Origin: a virus
Lineage: Duplodnaviria > Caudoviricetes
Direction: 5' to 3' (one strand)
Length of the DNA: 62,258 nt
Virus record (IMG/VR): IMGVR_UViG_3300035701_000028
Coordinates: 1-62,258 of that record
The position numbers were made by a program, and so were the translations under genes. The stretch's first letter is position 1, and each line of letters opens with the position of its first letter. Below, piece after piece: positions 46,901 to 55,270 of the stretch. The notes beneath the pieces are model-generated. The model had not been told where the DNA came from. It worked only from the letters and a program-made list of their open reading frames with translations, and made no database searches.

Positions 46901-49520
46901 CCATAAAGGACTGACGCCCAAGCTTGGTCGGATACATCCGGCGATACTCTTCCCGCAAGAAAGACATCGGGCTCCCGAGCAAAGTCGGGCGGTATTCTGT
47001 ATCACCCAAGATACGTTCGATGATGGACGATCCAAGCGGCACGCCCGCCTGCGCAAATTGCTCAGTCAGTTCAAGAGGAAGAACAAATCCAGCATCCCGT
47101 AGGGCCTTGTCGATGAGTTCGTTCTTGACGAGATACGTCCGTAGCAGGTCGCCCAGATTCGCCAATCCCCCCGGAGCAGCCAGGAGGTAACGCATCTGCG
47201 TATCCAGGAGGTTGATGACGTTCCAGGCTGGGCGCATAGTCAGGTTCGCCGTCGCCCACCAGCCGAAGACCTTCTGCCAGAGTCCCATCGCGGTATCGAA
47301 AGTAACGCGAAACTTCGGGTACTTCTCAAAGAGACCGAAGCGCGTCATGAACATCTCGGGGAAGGAGACATCGAACTTCAATTTTGTCCGCTCAAAGCGC
47401 CGTTTCGCATACTCTTTGCGGAACTCTTCTCCCAGCGCATTCGCGAGGTTGATGGGCTTTGCCACTTTCTCTTTGGCGGCTATCTCAGCGAGGGTTGTTA
47501 TCCCCTGCTCGACAAGCGCATCTAATTCCTCCCTTGTCATGTCTGCCGTAATACGTCCGGTGCGGGTCAAGTCCTGAAGAACCTGATCTCGCATCTTCTG
47601 GTCGTTCAGGAATTTCTCCCTAAATGTCTTCGTCCATCCAGCCTCGACCGCATCCTTGACTTGATCGATCTTCCCCTCCCACTGGCTGAGCGGGATAGCT
47701 TCAAGCATGAGCTTTGCATTCTCGATTTCACGCGGGCCGATCGTACCTAGTTCTCCAAGCGCGCGGGCGGCATCAAGCTGCTCTCGTCCAATGGTTCCGG
47801 TCGGAGTTGATGCGACGACTCCCAAGTTCGCCAAGATGGTCTTGAGCGTAACCTCTCCTTCGGCTCCTTCGCCCACCTTCGTCGCTGCCGATGCCACACG
47901 CTGAATGGTATCCTCGGTGACATGGGCCATCTTGCGGATGATGGATGACTCGGCCTTCTTCCCCAAGAAATCGACCAACTTGAACCCCAGCAAGCGTGCA
48001 GTAACCGCATCGACGCCGTGGCCGACGATCTTGGCCGTCGCTCCCACAGCCTTGAAGGGGACGTTGAAGACTTCATTCAGGCCGGGGACGAACCATTGGT
48101 AGTCGAAGACAAGCTCACCTGGAAGCTCATAGGCGATATCAATGAATCTCTGCTTGATATCCTCGATCTCGTAGGGGGTAAGCTTGCGGCCCGCCTGCAA
48201 TGTAAGGTCGGCGACCGCATTGAGGAATTTCTCCTTCTTCTCATAATCAATCGCCCCGGTGTAGAAGTAGTAGGGATCGCCCCAGAAGGCTCCCTTGATC
48301 TCAGCATCAATGGATTTGCGCAGATCGGCCTGGGCCATGACCAACTGATCTGCGGCCCACATCGCCCGCTCCGGCGTAACTGAACTCGGGTCGCGGTTTA
48401 TCTGCTCTCCGATGGCCTCGGCATCCCGACGGGATAGCATGGCCCGAGCCATGAGAATGTCGGCCTCCTTTTTGTGGGCATCGTCCTGTGCAGTTCGGAT
48501 ACCCCATGCACCCATTCGGGTTCCAGGAGCGATCGTCGTCCCTATTGATTTCTTCTGAATTTCAGTAACCTCCTTCCACGATAGGTCTCCCCACATGGAA
48601 GGGTCGGGCCTTGCAATCGATCTCCAGATATCCCCAAGTCTATTCATGCTGACGAGTTCAGCATTGTATTTGTTCGCCACCTTCAGATCGCGCATCTGAG
48701 AGAAGGTCATCCACTTGAAGGGCCGTCCCTCCTTCGTCCACTCTTCCCACTCGCCGACCAACTCCAGCTTCCCCGAGTCCTTGCTATAGTCGAAGGAATG
48801 ATATTGCAGATGGTAGCTGAGGACACGCCCGCTCTGGGGATCGACGGGCACGGCCCCGATCCTATCGAAGATTCCGAAGAGAGTATTGGCGATCTTACCT
48901 CCCATCCAATAGAGCCCGAACGTCCCCATGTCTTTGAGAGCCCCAATACCCTGAACAGCAAAGGGAGGGGTCATGACTAGAGCATTGACCCATTGGTTGC
49001 GCCGAGCCAAGTATCCAAGAGGCCCACCTTTCATTGGAAGGCCCCCAGTATTGATGGCATCCAAGAGCTTCGGGGCCGTAGGATGTTCTGTCCATGGGAG
49101 AATCGTGCCCGATTCATCCGTGACGTATGGAGAGTAGAAGGTACGGTTCGGTCGCTCTACTTTGGGCAGGACAATCTGCGGGCCTCCTCGCGGGCCGCGC
49201 TGAAACAAAGTAACCGCAGGACGCGGCGCACGTTCGGGCTCAGGAGCAATCCCCTTGGGGCCTCCAGTATAGATGATGGGTGCGTTGCGAGGCCCCAAGG
49301 AAATAGGCGTAATCGGGCCTGCTTCTTTCCGCTCACTAATCTCTTCGCGTCCAGCCCGAGGACGGATCAGAGCACGATTGGGCAGACCCACGCTACGAAT
49401 AGGCGCAGGCCGCACCGTCGTGAGAGTTATCCGGGACGGAAGACTCAAGTGAGGCTGGACGAGCTTCTTGAAGTCTGAAGCCACCCAGAATTTGATTCGG
49501 TAGTTGCTTTTGAGAGCCAT
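37971..49520 (-). CDS. 3849-aa large polyvalent/internal virion (ejection) protein
   Basis: Uninterrupted ORF; zincin HEMSH followed by EKFARGFE; THW...HFR...EELQSD module seen in large polyvalent proteins. Confidence 0.8.
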   Translation of the reverse strand: MALKSNYRIKFWVASDFKKLVQPHLSLPSRITLTTVRPAPIRSVGLPNRALIRPRAGREEISERKEAGPITPISLGPRNAPIIYTGGPKGIAPEPERAPRPAVTLFQRGPRGGPQIVLPKVERPNRTFYSPYVTDESGTILPWTEHPTAPKLLDAINTGGLPMKGGPLGYLARRNQWVNALVMTPPFAVQGIGALKDMGTFGLYWMGGKIANTLFGIFDRIGAVPVDPQSGRVLSYHLQYHSFDYSKDSGKLELVGEWEEWTKEGRPFKWMTFSQMRDLKVANKYNAELVSMNRLGDIWRSIARPDPSMWGDLSWKEVTEIQKKSIGTTIAPGTRMGAWGIRTAQDDAHKKEADILMARAMLSRRDAEAIGEQINRDPSSVTPERAMWAADQLVMAQADLRKSIDAEIKGAFWGDPYYFYTGAIDYEKKEKFLNAVADLTLQAGRKLTPYEIEDIKQRFIDIAYELPGELVFDYQWFVPGLNEVFNVPFKAVGATAKIVGHGVDAVTARLLGFKLVDFLGKKAESSIIRKMAHVTEDTIQRVASAATKVGEGAEGEVTLKTILANLGVVASTPTGTIGREQLDAARALGELGTIGPREIENAKLMLEAIPLSQWEGKIDQVKDAVEAGWTKTFREKFLNDQKMRDQVLQDLTRTGRITADMTREELDALVEQGITTLAEIAAKEKVAKPINLANALGEEFRKEYAKRRFERTKLKFDVSFPEMFMTRFGLFEKYPKFRVTFDTAMGLWQKVFGWWATANLTMRPAWNVINLLDTQMRYLLAAPGGLANLGDLLRTYLVKNELIDKALRDAGFVLPLELTEQFAQAGVPLGSSIIERILGDTEYRPTLLGSPMSFLREEYRRMYPTKLGRQSFMEGARRSGRDFIESVRRNGFLPVIVQRSGKAIDRTAGDAIRLWARVGRDYANLLEISFRMNMFHQVFTRNFVGLDTAAKLAVIRNLRASGATDDAIDFFGRAWSASQYNPDQLGEILTEMVEGRSKGRGYEMSKVVPPNLERMPIDPASRELLATEIRDRLLEFQHVMMERGEPLTPLAYRRFFDDMIGKTREATVSRGRAMNQGIRTVSSEALPGDRQITGFRIGISSVNGAETVLFDGIMKRANELAAAGDIEGAMRLRARAVGHGTDYLRNVFPDLLDLEVQPTIGVFDLTQREPSIRFSATVHESQIDEITYRASIVARDEFKQKQVILHWVDDTPGLNYGIVNEAMGESIEPSLTLRFDHALSQAEEDKLYQIAIREGKVFGFEMHPDRMGVDFIHLSIYDVNYKEYAHDLHRITGDLESEAIPCRATVTTRRVRTVGYTRSAAGAGEGGLVSYEDIIRNFESSPEGRAFLSEVEQHHPRIIYGEPATARPARATNLDVPESILDPDELAERRRFLEDRAWIGHEDVREAYETRIRAIAANAESLPNKKEIVDKYAATVRQASRLRRSSMSWVIEGIPIGPRSGSFIDATGEVVRRGNPRAWEELVFPFEKKIDLIDARLSQEIADKLVRGEKFLLTDEDYLRRFGIDLSYYTKGPKAGDIRKIVFEHPVTHERFVYETQQQIDNFRALFYGENIPPHLRAQAAFQEPWTNRLSGWATVPTGTSPADVARGARAEGIWDMKLGNGVKDRNLYQEVAIIGRDTEGRLRIMVKDLATGKRSIMLYDDLVHVPSAIKGIDDFRTALAAVGRLDDEAEQWLTLTDAYADRWAQRYGHTKQEFYENWIAGVTNSAPSNSARWYQATANLTKIKQDFIDAMTELQTELRLHFGIEESNKITERIVNGEVIEGLPEGVSIAARKVQETNKALKDGLLELRGIVPPSHQMRLNGNPSWYCRSEKLIGDGKIVDGMSAGKVRAALSSAGVTKEELKALGLDEYLKQNERVSAGEMLELIRGNRPAIYRLERGEAAKRIVYDMANLREAGYELTEAQKLRLDQVTLSDLKWKQYALEGGANYQEFLYVYGGTEDILKTAMYREIREQLPHMSDRDIGNLWREIFDNIAEPNDNLFGESLAAISERYGEDIIAARSIIDRIGWDARGFIQKLNRRIPFSTSHWGISDVLFHFRLQDFISDTGKKILNVEELQSDMFQAARTHGFMSPEAITDMRKFVDSSAAEQKLSYATSEIRREFEDIIGTGSDLRRYVAARASIRRASDLPIYDRMYAKEVIRRFDRELADRATRYAGRVSSERLELFAYALSELDPMADAYVDLWLKKQTLLRAVAPTPFLSSWDKMAVRDILSYALENGYDGISWTRGIDQARRYALPPTHWSVHWTAQGTFIEMSRNRIPISIEDLPNFFHEWIGNSKATDEILQAIERGAVDGDLSRGARLVQEKGMETFYGEKMPAYVRDLVKQYGLDPGDMKLVYMADTGRTMTHPVTGFLFNGELRSGAQKVNPMFQLHQDIVQGAASMLDAGKMLIHLTNPDASTLGHEMSHIFHQSLIHEATINPLAKRDLEIFERWAGVVGGEWTGEAREKFARGFEVFMREGIPPTPELLSVFQRIRSFLRDIYKTIMRGGALDVDLTDQVRRAYGRMFADIPEEADTLLRRQDRIASRMFEQGVELHPTNPMLKLSLNQGPEVPIDAVKLDDRWYVPLTPDDMEIVHTIEAELDYEATVTSANQRLWDAISEPVTKLQDPRMRRATLDEIEAMRQEVMAMSEGAEPEWFRALPNSRSKREDVLNALVLIEKGELPPGMRKPPAQIVSRVRGALSDGIYSGTNVGTLPFRSPSPEIMRMMGFPEDLIAQADEEFYSRYGIHQAELLDVVVEREIREQQAAAWTAFSRNPATYRGRSLVDEWGEVANDRATFMAFIEDTIRMLRQGPWGEREASPLIDAMQALKREAESFMGVVNADLARRTPANIRDAIAELRVLHPTFVPEWDLPEGLTQWFRSGQAITARGQQAEAMMTNWRDWIMGQSEAGDVFVKGLPIDQANILKNQIQSIVQSKYDVMDASIYGSAEKAIKGALPETNHAMLDYSDYNNFDAIMRKVIPFWMFPSRSIPFWIEQTLAHPTIFAMYYKYIQNSQRLAIKHGFVDSDGLPLSSLEGCYPLGDTGIWFNPIAPWSGRYIFPRVSRKYDDVDEELPVIAKVYAYLQEYGQYWGVSVGPWVSIALQIAGGDDVTNQYSAFALFSELELIPKWWRDSLLEKLNLLDNPVIRSNVSPEVPWRDYLIERYMLTDILDKLQNGGLTEPEKIALVSQAESAIGTTDRESVPIWQTYKRNFELQEYYTKTVGFFTGFYGRRFSDADAEMLRLRSELNMLRDNINSFVGAKVMGLEGDPEQLYKNYTDQRYGTPEGLIYNLYNSIRFVKVPETEKSAQGIQRRDLLAVSIESDLQTRARYDLLATDQYIRDQKLHELPIGTDSPLKKKTWEDYFAWRIEADKMFPMARTEWMIGYKPISGITGHYRDNWLRIIWETRPGWKRDEGESYTDYQVRFQQWIKELPMLADSLRSNFQNQMEIDIREGMAFRLEGGEAPTIDIPTFVANLLKETTIEVIDKWRDETATLYTAMDRVYARNYYDTYWDAIKDKSGKELELAKELWKKSHPEPTPSQIAQWVSEQFPGRWTPGEISTAAEGRGVESVDERLAPKTQADKELESIYTVYGWAAPGTQRSAMMEENRKLGGDDGDFDILLGAGGAWSDPKDRSAFLARMLKIAVTLKLRAPSLQELQLQVTAEALNKQFRSNVDRDLGPGFWAEYVYYISLSSFEKRKYKRTHPRIQKYYDMRDAWAAGNPIWKAYYVATSASTGYSTGGGGGRGRGGGTSGGGGTAAAATPFLPMGRRSTMNAMELAATPSKVGSKRPLNALPPELIQSIPQEILTHITEEVPLTAYELEYLSRLAQLHPEWSGALQQFTGS
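41687..41701. promoter_or_regulatory. 15-bp palindromic site, copy 5 (intragenic)
   Basis: AAGTAACGGTTGCTT. Confidence 0.65.
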
Positions 49521-49523
49521 GTG

Positions 49524-49754
49524 TTACCCTTCGGAGCGGCTGACTCGCTTCCTTCGCGCGGGCGTACTCTTGGATGCCGGAGCCGGAGAATCCACAAGCT
49601 CCATGAGCGTGTCGTCCAAATCATCTGTCACGGCGACCACCCGACCGCCATGACTAAAGACGCTGACGATGCGACGACCCTCCGCCATGAATTGAAGCTG
49701 GGCCTCGATCTGGGCAAAGTTCCCGCCCTGAATCACTTCTACCTTGATAGTCAT
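49524..49754 (-). CDS. Hypothetical protein
   Basis: AGGAGG RBS. Confidence 0.65.
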   Translation of the reverse strand: MTIKVEVIQGGNFAQIEAQLQFMAEGRRIVSVFSHGGRVVAVTDDLDDTLMELVDSPAPASKSTPARRKRVSRSEG

Positions 49755-49763
49755 TGGTTCCTC

Positions 49764-51065
49764 CTAGAACCATTGCGTGTTTGGCGTTCCGAAGATAGTC
49801 TTGCCACCCTGCGTGCGCTGCGTGCGGTAGAGTCCACCCGCCGAGAAGAAGGGCTGCGCCAGCGCCCGCGCGATCGACCCGAAGGCCCCAAGCTGTTCAC
49901 CCTCACCCTCCGAGAGCAGAGGATCAAGAGCAGAGAGAGCCTGGAGTTGCTGGCGACGTGTCTGAACATCCGATGCTCCGATCTGTCCGAAGTCGCGCAG
50001 AACCGATGCGATATCCTGTAGGTACTTGTACCCCGGCCCGTACTCCTTCGCTTCCTTTCCACTGGAAAGGATCATCTTCTGCATTGTCTCTAGCACCCGG
50101 CCCGCCCGCGCTGCCGACGTAAACTTGTTGCGTAGTTCAGTCGTCAGTTCGTTCGGCGGAGGAAGGAATTTCGTCGTCGTCGGGGAGTAACCCCCAAACG
50201 CATCCGCCATGCGCGAGACGTTCGATGCAACGGTGCGCTGATCCTCCTCCGAAAGGAAGGGGATCAGAGAGTTCATGAGCGAGATGTAGGACGACTCCGG
50301 AGTTACGGCAGAAGGCGTCAGACCCTTCCACCAGGACGGTGCGCCCTCGACCTTGTAGGTCTCTGTCCATGTAACGGGCGTCTCTCCACCACCACCGTCC
50401 CCTCCGCCACCGTCCCCACCATAATCCTGCTCGGGCTGTGGGATCAGCGACCAGTCCGTATACTTCTCGTAATACTTGCGCCGATCCGTCTCTGAGATTC
50501 CGAGGATTTCGGCTACGGCTGGAGGCAAGTAGTCTGGAAATTCTCCGGCCTGCAACGCGGCGATCTGCGCCGCCGCCTCGGGAGTCAGGTCTGTACCGAA
50601 GGGAGTCGTGTAGGCCCAGCCAGCAGGCCCCGACATATTCCGTTCGCGGATTGACAGATCACGGAAGCGCGGATCGCCCGCCCACCAACGCATCGGAGTC
50701 CTCGCCTGCTCCAACGCCTTCTTCTCTTGCGCCGCACGCTCCGCTGGGGTGTCACCAGCGTACTGACTATGTGCAGGAGGCGGAGGCAGATATTTCTTCG
50801 GCCATGCCGCAGCCAAAGCCGCCGATACAGGCATGTAGGCATTCTGCGGACGCCCGGTGGCCGTCCCCGACCCAAGAGTCTTCGGGAATGCCTTCGTCAT
50901 CCCTACTGTGCTCGTAGGAAAGAAAGCGTGTGATGGACGACCCTGCGGCGTGGGAGGCGAAGTCGCCTTACGTCGGGCAGCTTCGTAAGCGTTGATAGAT
51001 GTCTTCGGCCTGGGCGGAGGAGCCTTCGCCTTCGGCTTTGCCTTTGGCTTATATTTCAATGCCAT
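49764..51065 (-). CDS. Putative internal virion protein
   Basis: Start MALKYKP with GGAGG RBS; basic, Pro-rich N-terminus. Confidence 0.65.
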   Translation of the reverse strand: MALKYKPKAKPKAKAPPPRPKTSINAYEAARRKATSPPTPQGRPSHAFFPTSTVGMTKAFPKTLGSGTATGRPQNAYMPVSAALAAAWPKKYLPPPPAHSQYAGDTPAERAAQEKKALEQARTPMRWWAGDPRFRDLSIRERNMSGPAGWAYTTPFGTDLTPEAAAQIAALQAGEFPDYLPPAVAEILGISETDRRKYYEKYTDWSLIPQPEQDYGGDGGGGDGGGGETPVTWTETYKVEGAPSWWKGLTPSAVTPESSYISLMNSLIPFLSEEDQRTVASNVSRMADAFGGYSPTTTKFLPPPNELTTELRNKFTSAARAGRVLETMQKMILSSGKEAKEYGPGYKYLQDIASVLRDFGQIGASDVQTRRQQLQALSALDPLLSEGEGEQLGAFGSIARALAQPFFSAGGLYRTQRTQGGKTIFGTPNTQWF

Positions 51066-51270
51066 GTCGTTTCGCCTCCATGACCTTGATGTATTCCTCA
51101 AGGGCATCCTGTCCGTACTTCTGACGGATTGCGTCGAACGCTCCTGGCGTCATCTGATTATAGAGCTTTAGGTCGGCATCAATGTCGCTACCGACAACCT
51201 TCTTCAGTTGCTTCGTTCCCTTCGCCACGGCTGACTTGAGTTGCTCGGAGTATTCTCCAAAGGTTCTCAC
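51049..51270 (-). CDS. Hypothetical protein
   Basis: GTGA coupling to the portal gene. Confidence 0.6.
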   Translation of the reverse strand: MRTFGEYSEQLKSAVAKGTKQLKKVVGSDIDADLKLYNQMTPGAFDAIRQKYGQDALEEYIKVMEAKRHGIEI

Positions 51271-53081
51271 TGCAAACCTCCCGTCAGCATTTGCGGATTA
51301 GGGGCCGCTCCCGTCTCTTCTGCCGACTGGCCTGGAGGCGCTTCGCCCGGAGCGATCTCTTCTCCCGTCGGGGATGCAAGACCCGTAAGCTGTTCAGGCG
51401 CATTGGGCTCAGGCGGTCGGCCCTGCTTCCCCTGAAGTAACTGTTGCTTCGCCTGCTCCAAGACAACCTTCGCGGCTTCATCTCCTCCGTCCGCGAGTTC
51501 CTTCAAGTGACCCATGATCGCGTACTGGATCATAAGCGGGCTGGTCTGAGCCATCTCCGCCAGCTTCATCTCACGATCCTCGTCCGGCTGCTCACGGCCC
51601 AGGTACTCTTCCATGATGACACGATCCGGAAGGATGCCCTTGACCTGCGTCGCCATCGCGTGCTTGCGAACCTGCTCGTTCGGGAATTCGGGCTTGACGA
51701 TCGCCTTGACCGCGAACCCAGCCAGTTCATCTCCGAAGATTTGGGCCGAGAAGTCAGCGCCCCGGAAGCGCCCATGCGTCCTAACAATAGACCCTTCAGC
51801 GAAGTGGGATGTCAAGCGCAGCGCTTTCTTCGCCCAAGTTGTCCACATCAATTCGAGATGGGTGACGGGCTGCTCCAGACGAATGCGGTTCTGGTCTCCC
51901 AATTGCGAGAGTGCGTAGCCCGCGATCTGATTCGGGCCGGAGCCATACATGACATCTGAGAAGCCCGACTGCTGAACGCGCGACCGGAAGAAGTCCAAGT
52001 GCAACTGCACATCGGGCGGACTTCCGCGCCATTCAGGGAAGCCGATGTTCTCGTCCGGGTTTATCTGGATAGGTTCTCCGAATCCTGGATCGAGGTTGAT
52101 CTTTCGGCCCGCCGCCGCCCGAATGACAAATGGCATTCCAGAGAAGACGTTGATCTGTCGGCTACGTCGGTTGATAGAGAACTCAACCTCCGAAATGGAA
52201 GTCTCCATCGGGCGCAGGATTCCATGACCCCAATACTCCGGCTTGCTCCCAATGGGCTTGAAGAATCCGATGGTGTAGGGCAGGTCGTATCCATCCATCT
52301 TGCGGACAGGGAAGATGAACTCATCCTCGAACAGACCTGCGTTCCAGACTTCAGGAACCCCACCAGGGTATTCCATCCACCACGCATCGATAAGGACACC
52401 CCTCGTCCCCGCCTTTGCCGTCATGTCCATTCCGACATACTTGTTCGGAAGAACGTGATAGGTCGTCTCAATTTCCAAGACGGACTTGAGTTCGGTGCGG
52501 AATTGCCACAACCATCGGCGATCCCCTCCCGGAATCAGCGTCATGAGCAAGGGATCAATGACCTGCACTCGGAGCGGAGGCTCCATGAAGGCCACGACAC
52601 TCCTACTTCCTTCCTGAAGGTCGGGAACATCCACGGTCTCTCTGACCTGGCTGGCGATGTTCTGATCCCATGTCGTGTAGACGATACCACAGCCATCCCG
52701 GACGAAATTCAGAATGGTCTCATAGATGAGATCGCATTGCTCCCGCTCCATATTTACTTCGAGCACACCCGCCAGATATTTCTCGATGTGGCTGGCGTCC
52801 TTCTCTTCCGTCGAAGATGGCCTCCACCCATGAGCCTTCCAATCCAGTCGGTTGCCAAGCAAGATGCCGACCGCGAGATCGACCGTATTGGTCGGAGTCG
52901 GATCAGAGAAGCGCCGCTCCCCTGCCTTAGGCGCTTTCTGTCCGGAGTAGTGATCGAACTCGTACAGGTTTCGCCAGCGCACGATGTTCTCATGCCACTT
53001 CGAGCAGTCGTCTCTCGACTTGCGCCAGAACGCGAGAATCTCATCCTTCTGTTTCGTCGCTGCTGGAGTCGTGTCAGCCAT
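51267..53081 (-). CDS. Portal protein
   Basis: Follows the terminase; FVRDGCG, YWGHG, low-complexity C-terminal tail. Confidence 0.85.
   Translation of the reverse strand: MADTTPAATKQKDEILAFWRKSRDDCSKWHENIVRWRNLYEFDHYSGQKAPKAGERRFSDPTPTNTVDLAVGILLGNRLDWKAHGWRPSSTEEKDASHIEKYLAGVLEVNMEREQCDLIYETILNFVRDGCGIVYTTWDQNIASQVRETVDVPDLQEGSRSVVAFMEPPLRVQVIDPLLMTLIPGGDRRWLWQFRTELKSVLEIETTYHVLPNKYVGMDMTAKAGTRGVLIDAWWMEYPGGVPEVWNAGLFEDEFIFPVRKMDGYDLPYTIGFFKPIGSKPEYWGHGILRPMETSISEVEFSINRRSRQINVFSGMPFVIRAAAGRKINLDPGFGEPIQINPDENIGFPEWRGSPPDVQLHLDFFRSRVQQSGFSDVMYGSGPNQIAGYALSQLGDQNRIRLEQPVTHLELMWTTWAKKALRLTSHFAEGSIVRTHGRFRGADFSAQIFGDELAGFAVKAIVKPEFPNEQVRKHAMATQVKGILPDRVIMEEYLGREQPDEDREMKLAEMAQTSPLMIQYAIMGHLKELADGGDEAAKVVLEQAKQQLLQGKQGRPPEPNAPEQLTGLASPTGEEIAPGEAPPGQSAEETGAAPNPQMLTGGLQ
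51435..51449. promoter_or_regulatory. 15-bp palindromic site, copy 6 (intragenic)
   Basis: AAGTAACTGTTGCTT. Confidence 0.6.
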
Positions 53082-53082
53082 A

Positions 53083-54612
53083 TCAAGACCTCAGTTGGGG
53101 AGGAAGGAATTCGTCCCCCCGTTCAGTTACCCGACCCGACGCATCTGCGAAGGGCATGTCCACTCGAATCTCCGTAGCCGAATCGTACTGACGCTCTACA
53201 GCCCCATAGACAGACATCGCCAGGGCCACGGCTGCGTCAACATGGGCGGAGGTTACGTTCTTGACGATGCGGAAGCCCCGCCCCTTCGATTCGGCTACCG
53301 CATTCTGTAGATGGGCCTTGATCTCATCATCCGGATAGGCCCACAGGTTCTTGTAGCGCAGCAGGTCGAAGAGTTGCTGGGTCGCGGCCTGCATGTTGTT
53401 GACTGTCTGGGGATACTCCACCATCTTGTATCCCTTCTTCAGGATCGCCGTCATCGAGCGGTGGAAGTGGGCCGGGTCATACAGCGCCACATTCACGTTG
53501 AATGTCCGGAAGGCCCACAGCAGATATTTCTCGACCGTATCCTCCAGATCAAAAACCTCATCCTCACGCGGAGTCCAAATGTGATGGAAGAGCAGAATGC
53601 ACTTCCCGACCATCGAGTCGTAGGTCGTCCCCATGACGGCTGATCCGTCATGCTTGGGCGCGACATCGACCGCAATCGAGACCGGGTAGTACCTGTAGGG
53701 ATGTCCCTCCCAAATCTCCGCCGACTGATCGAAGTGCCGAGACGCCTCCGCCCACCACTCGTCCGGGATGAATGACTCGTGCGATGTCACCCATCGGTTC
53801 TCATGGAAGCGCAAGTAGGCTGCTGGCGTCATGCCCGGAGCGGATCGCTGCTCCTCATAGTATGGGCGTATCTGCCAGGGCATCCGGGGTTCATGATCCC
53901 AATAAACGAAGGTGCGTCCGTGACGCCAGCAGGGTAGGTCTTCGAGCCCCGGAACCTTCTCACCTTTTCCATCCTTGTGCTCCTCCGGGCCGACGTTCTC
54001 CTTGTAGATGTCCCAGAGAAGCTTCGACTCATTGATGAAGCCCGCGTAGGTCACAATGACCCTGAGCGAGTTTCGGACTGTGGGGATGGGCGTCATCTCG
54101 TCCCACATCTTGCGCGAGAGATCAGACTGGTAGGCCCATAGTTCATCCCACAGCGTTACAGCACGGCGCGATCCTGACGCCGATCGGTGCTCCTTCGCAA
54201 GAACCTGAACGAAGGTATCGTTGGGCCATTCGACTCGCAGGGCCAATCGACGGATATCGTGACGCTCAAGCTTCGCGGCGTGGTACGATATGTCACCAAA
54301 TACGCGACATCTTGCTTGCTCCTCATCGTTCGCGATGGCATAGATTTCCGATCCCTCATCGAACTCCTCCGCTGCCCAGGTTCCAACCGCCGCTGCCAAG
54401 GTCGTCTTGCCCGACTTCATCGGACAGGAGTAGACGATTGTCGTATAGGGTAAGACGTTGTTCTCATCCGGAGTCAAGCAGTGTGCAAGAATTCTCTCCT
54501 GATGGGGGGCCAAGACCAACTTGCCCGGCCCCGAGAGTTCGCCCTTCTTCCAGTCCCAATTCTGCCGTACATAGAACGGACGGGTCTTGAGCCACGCGAC
54601 AAAGGGCTTCAT
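53083..54612 (-). CDS. terL: Terminase large subunit
   Basis: PMKSGKTT, LWDELW, AVDVA..HDGSA, HVDAAVALAM. Confidence 0.92.
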   Translation of the reverse strand: MKPFVAWLKTRPFYVRQNWDWKKGELSGPGKLVLAPHQERILAHCLTPDENNVLPYTTIVYSCPMKSGKTTLAAAVGTWAAEEFDEGSEIYAIANDEEQARCRVFGDISYHAAKLERHDIRRLALRVEWPNDTFVQVLAKEHRSASGSRRAVTLWDELWAYQSDLSRKMWDEMTPIPTVRNSLRVIVTYAGFINESKLLWDIYKENVGPEEHKDGKGEKVPGLEDLPCWRHGRTFVYWDHEPRMPWQIRPYYEEQRSAPGMTPAAYLRFHENRWVTSHESFIPDEWWAEASRHFDQSAEIWEGHPYRYYPVSIAVDVAPKHDGSAVMGTTYDSMVGKCILLFHHIWTPREDEVFDLEDTVEKYLLWAFRTFNVNVALYDPAHFHRSMTAILKKGYKMVEYPQTVNNMQAATQQLFDLLRYKNLWAYPDDEIKAHLQNAVAESKGRGFRIVKNVTSAHVDAAVALAMSVYGAVERQYDSATEIRVDMPFADASGRVTERGDEFLPPQLRS

Positions 54613-54806
54613 TTGCCCCCGGTCTCAATCTTCGTAGATAGGCGTCTAGTAGAATGCACTCCTGACACATGGCTAGTCATCGTCTCACGGAAGGTCTTCA
54701 GCGGAGTCTGAGTCCATACCGAATACATAGTCCTCAGTTTCTTCGCGATGTTGAACCTGGCATGCTTGGGAGATGGGAGCTTCGGATAGAAGGGAGGCGT
54801 TGGCAT
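54609..54806 (-). CDS. Small basic protein
   Basis: ATGA coupling to terL. Confidence 0.5.
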   Translation of the reverse strand: MPTPPFYPKLPSPKHARFNIAKKLRTMYSVWTQTPLKTFRETMTSHVSGVHSTRRLSTKIETGGK

Positions 54807-54813
54807 GGATTTC

Positions 54814-55032
54814 CTACCCCGACGGAGTAATGACCGGAGGCTTGTTCTTCCTCCAATCACGCACCGACGCGATGTAATCGTGCATCTGGCGTAGCTGTAG
54901 CGGAGTCAAGATGCTCTTCAATCGCTGAAATTCCGGCTTGGCGAGAGCGGGACTTTGCCTTCGCAGAGCCTTGAGACGCTGTAGGTCTTCCTTCATGAAT
55001 TGCAGGGCCGAGGGGAGCGGGGGGTAGGGCAT
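54814..55032 (-). CDS. Small basic protein
   Basis: GAGGAG RBS. Confidence 0.55.
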   Translation of the reverse strand: MPYPPLPSALQFMKEDLQRLKALRRQSPALAKPEFQRLKSILTPLQLRQMHDYIASVRDWRKNKPPVITPSG

Positions 55033-55047
55033 GGACTTTTCTCCTCA

Positions 55048-55239
55048 TTACATCTTCTCAGATTTCCGAATCGTCCAACGAAAAGGAAATCCCCCATAGT
55101 TGTATACAGGGGCCAGTTCTTTCTTTCTCCTGAAGAACTTATCTACCTCCAATACCTTCCGTCGAGGAGGCGGGCCGATCGGCGTCGGCCCCCACTTATT
55201 GAATTTGAAATGCAGATGTTTCGGGCTCGGGGGCGGCAT
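55048..55239 (-). CDS. Small basic protein
   Basis: AAGGAG RBS before MPPPSPK. Confidence 0.5.
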   Translation of the reverse strand: MPPPSPKHLHFKFNKWGPTPIGPPPRRKVLEVDKFFRRKKELAPVYNYGGFPFRWTIRKSEKM

Positions 55240-55270
55240 AGTTCTCCTTCTCACCAGGAGAGATCAGAAA

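Noticed and set aside
45702-47102. Long + strand ORFs opposite structural genes (also 51999-53177, 32603-33514)
   Set aside because: Antisense shadow frames expected in GC-rich coding DNA
37971-49520. N4-like virion RNA polymerase
   Set aside because: Size fits, but no convincing single-subunit motifs or DxDGD; DDGDFD near the C-terminus lacks context
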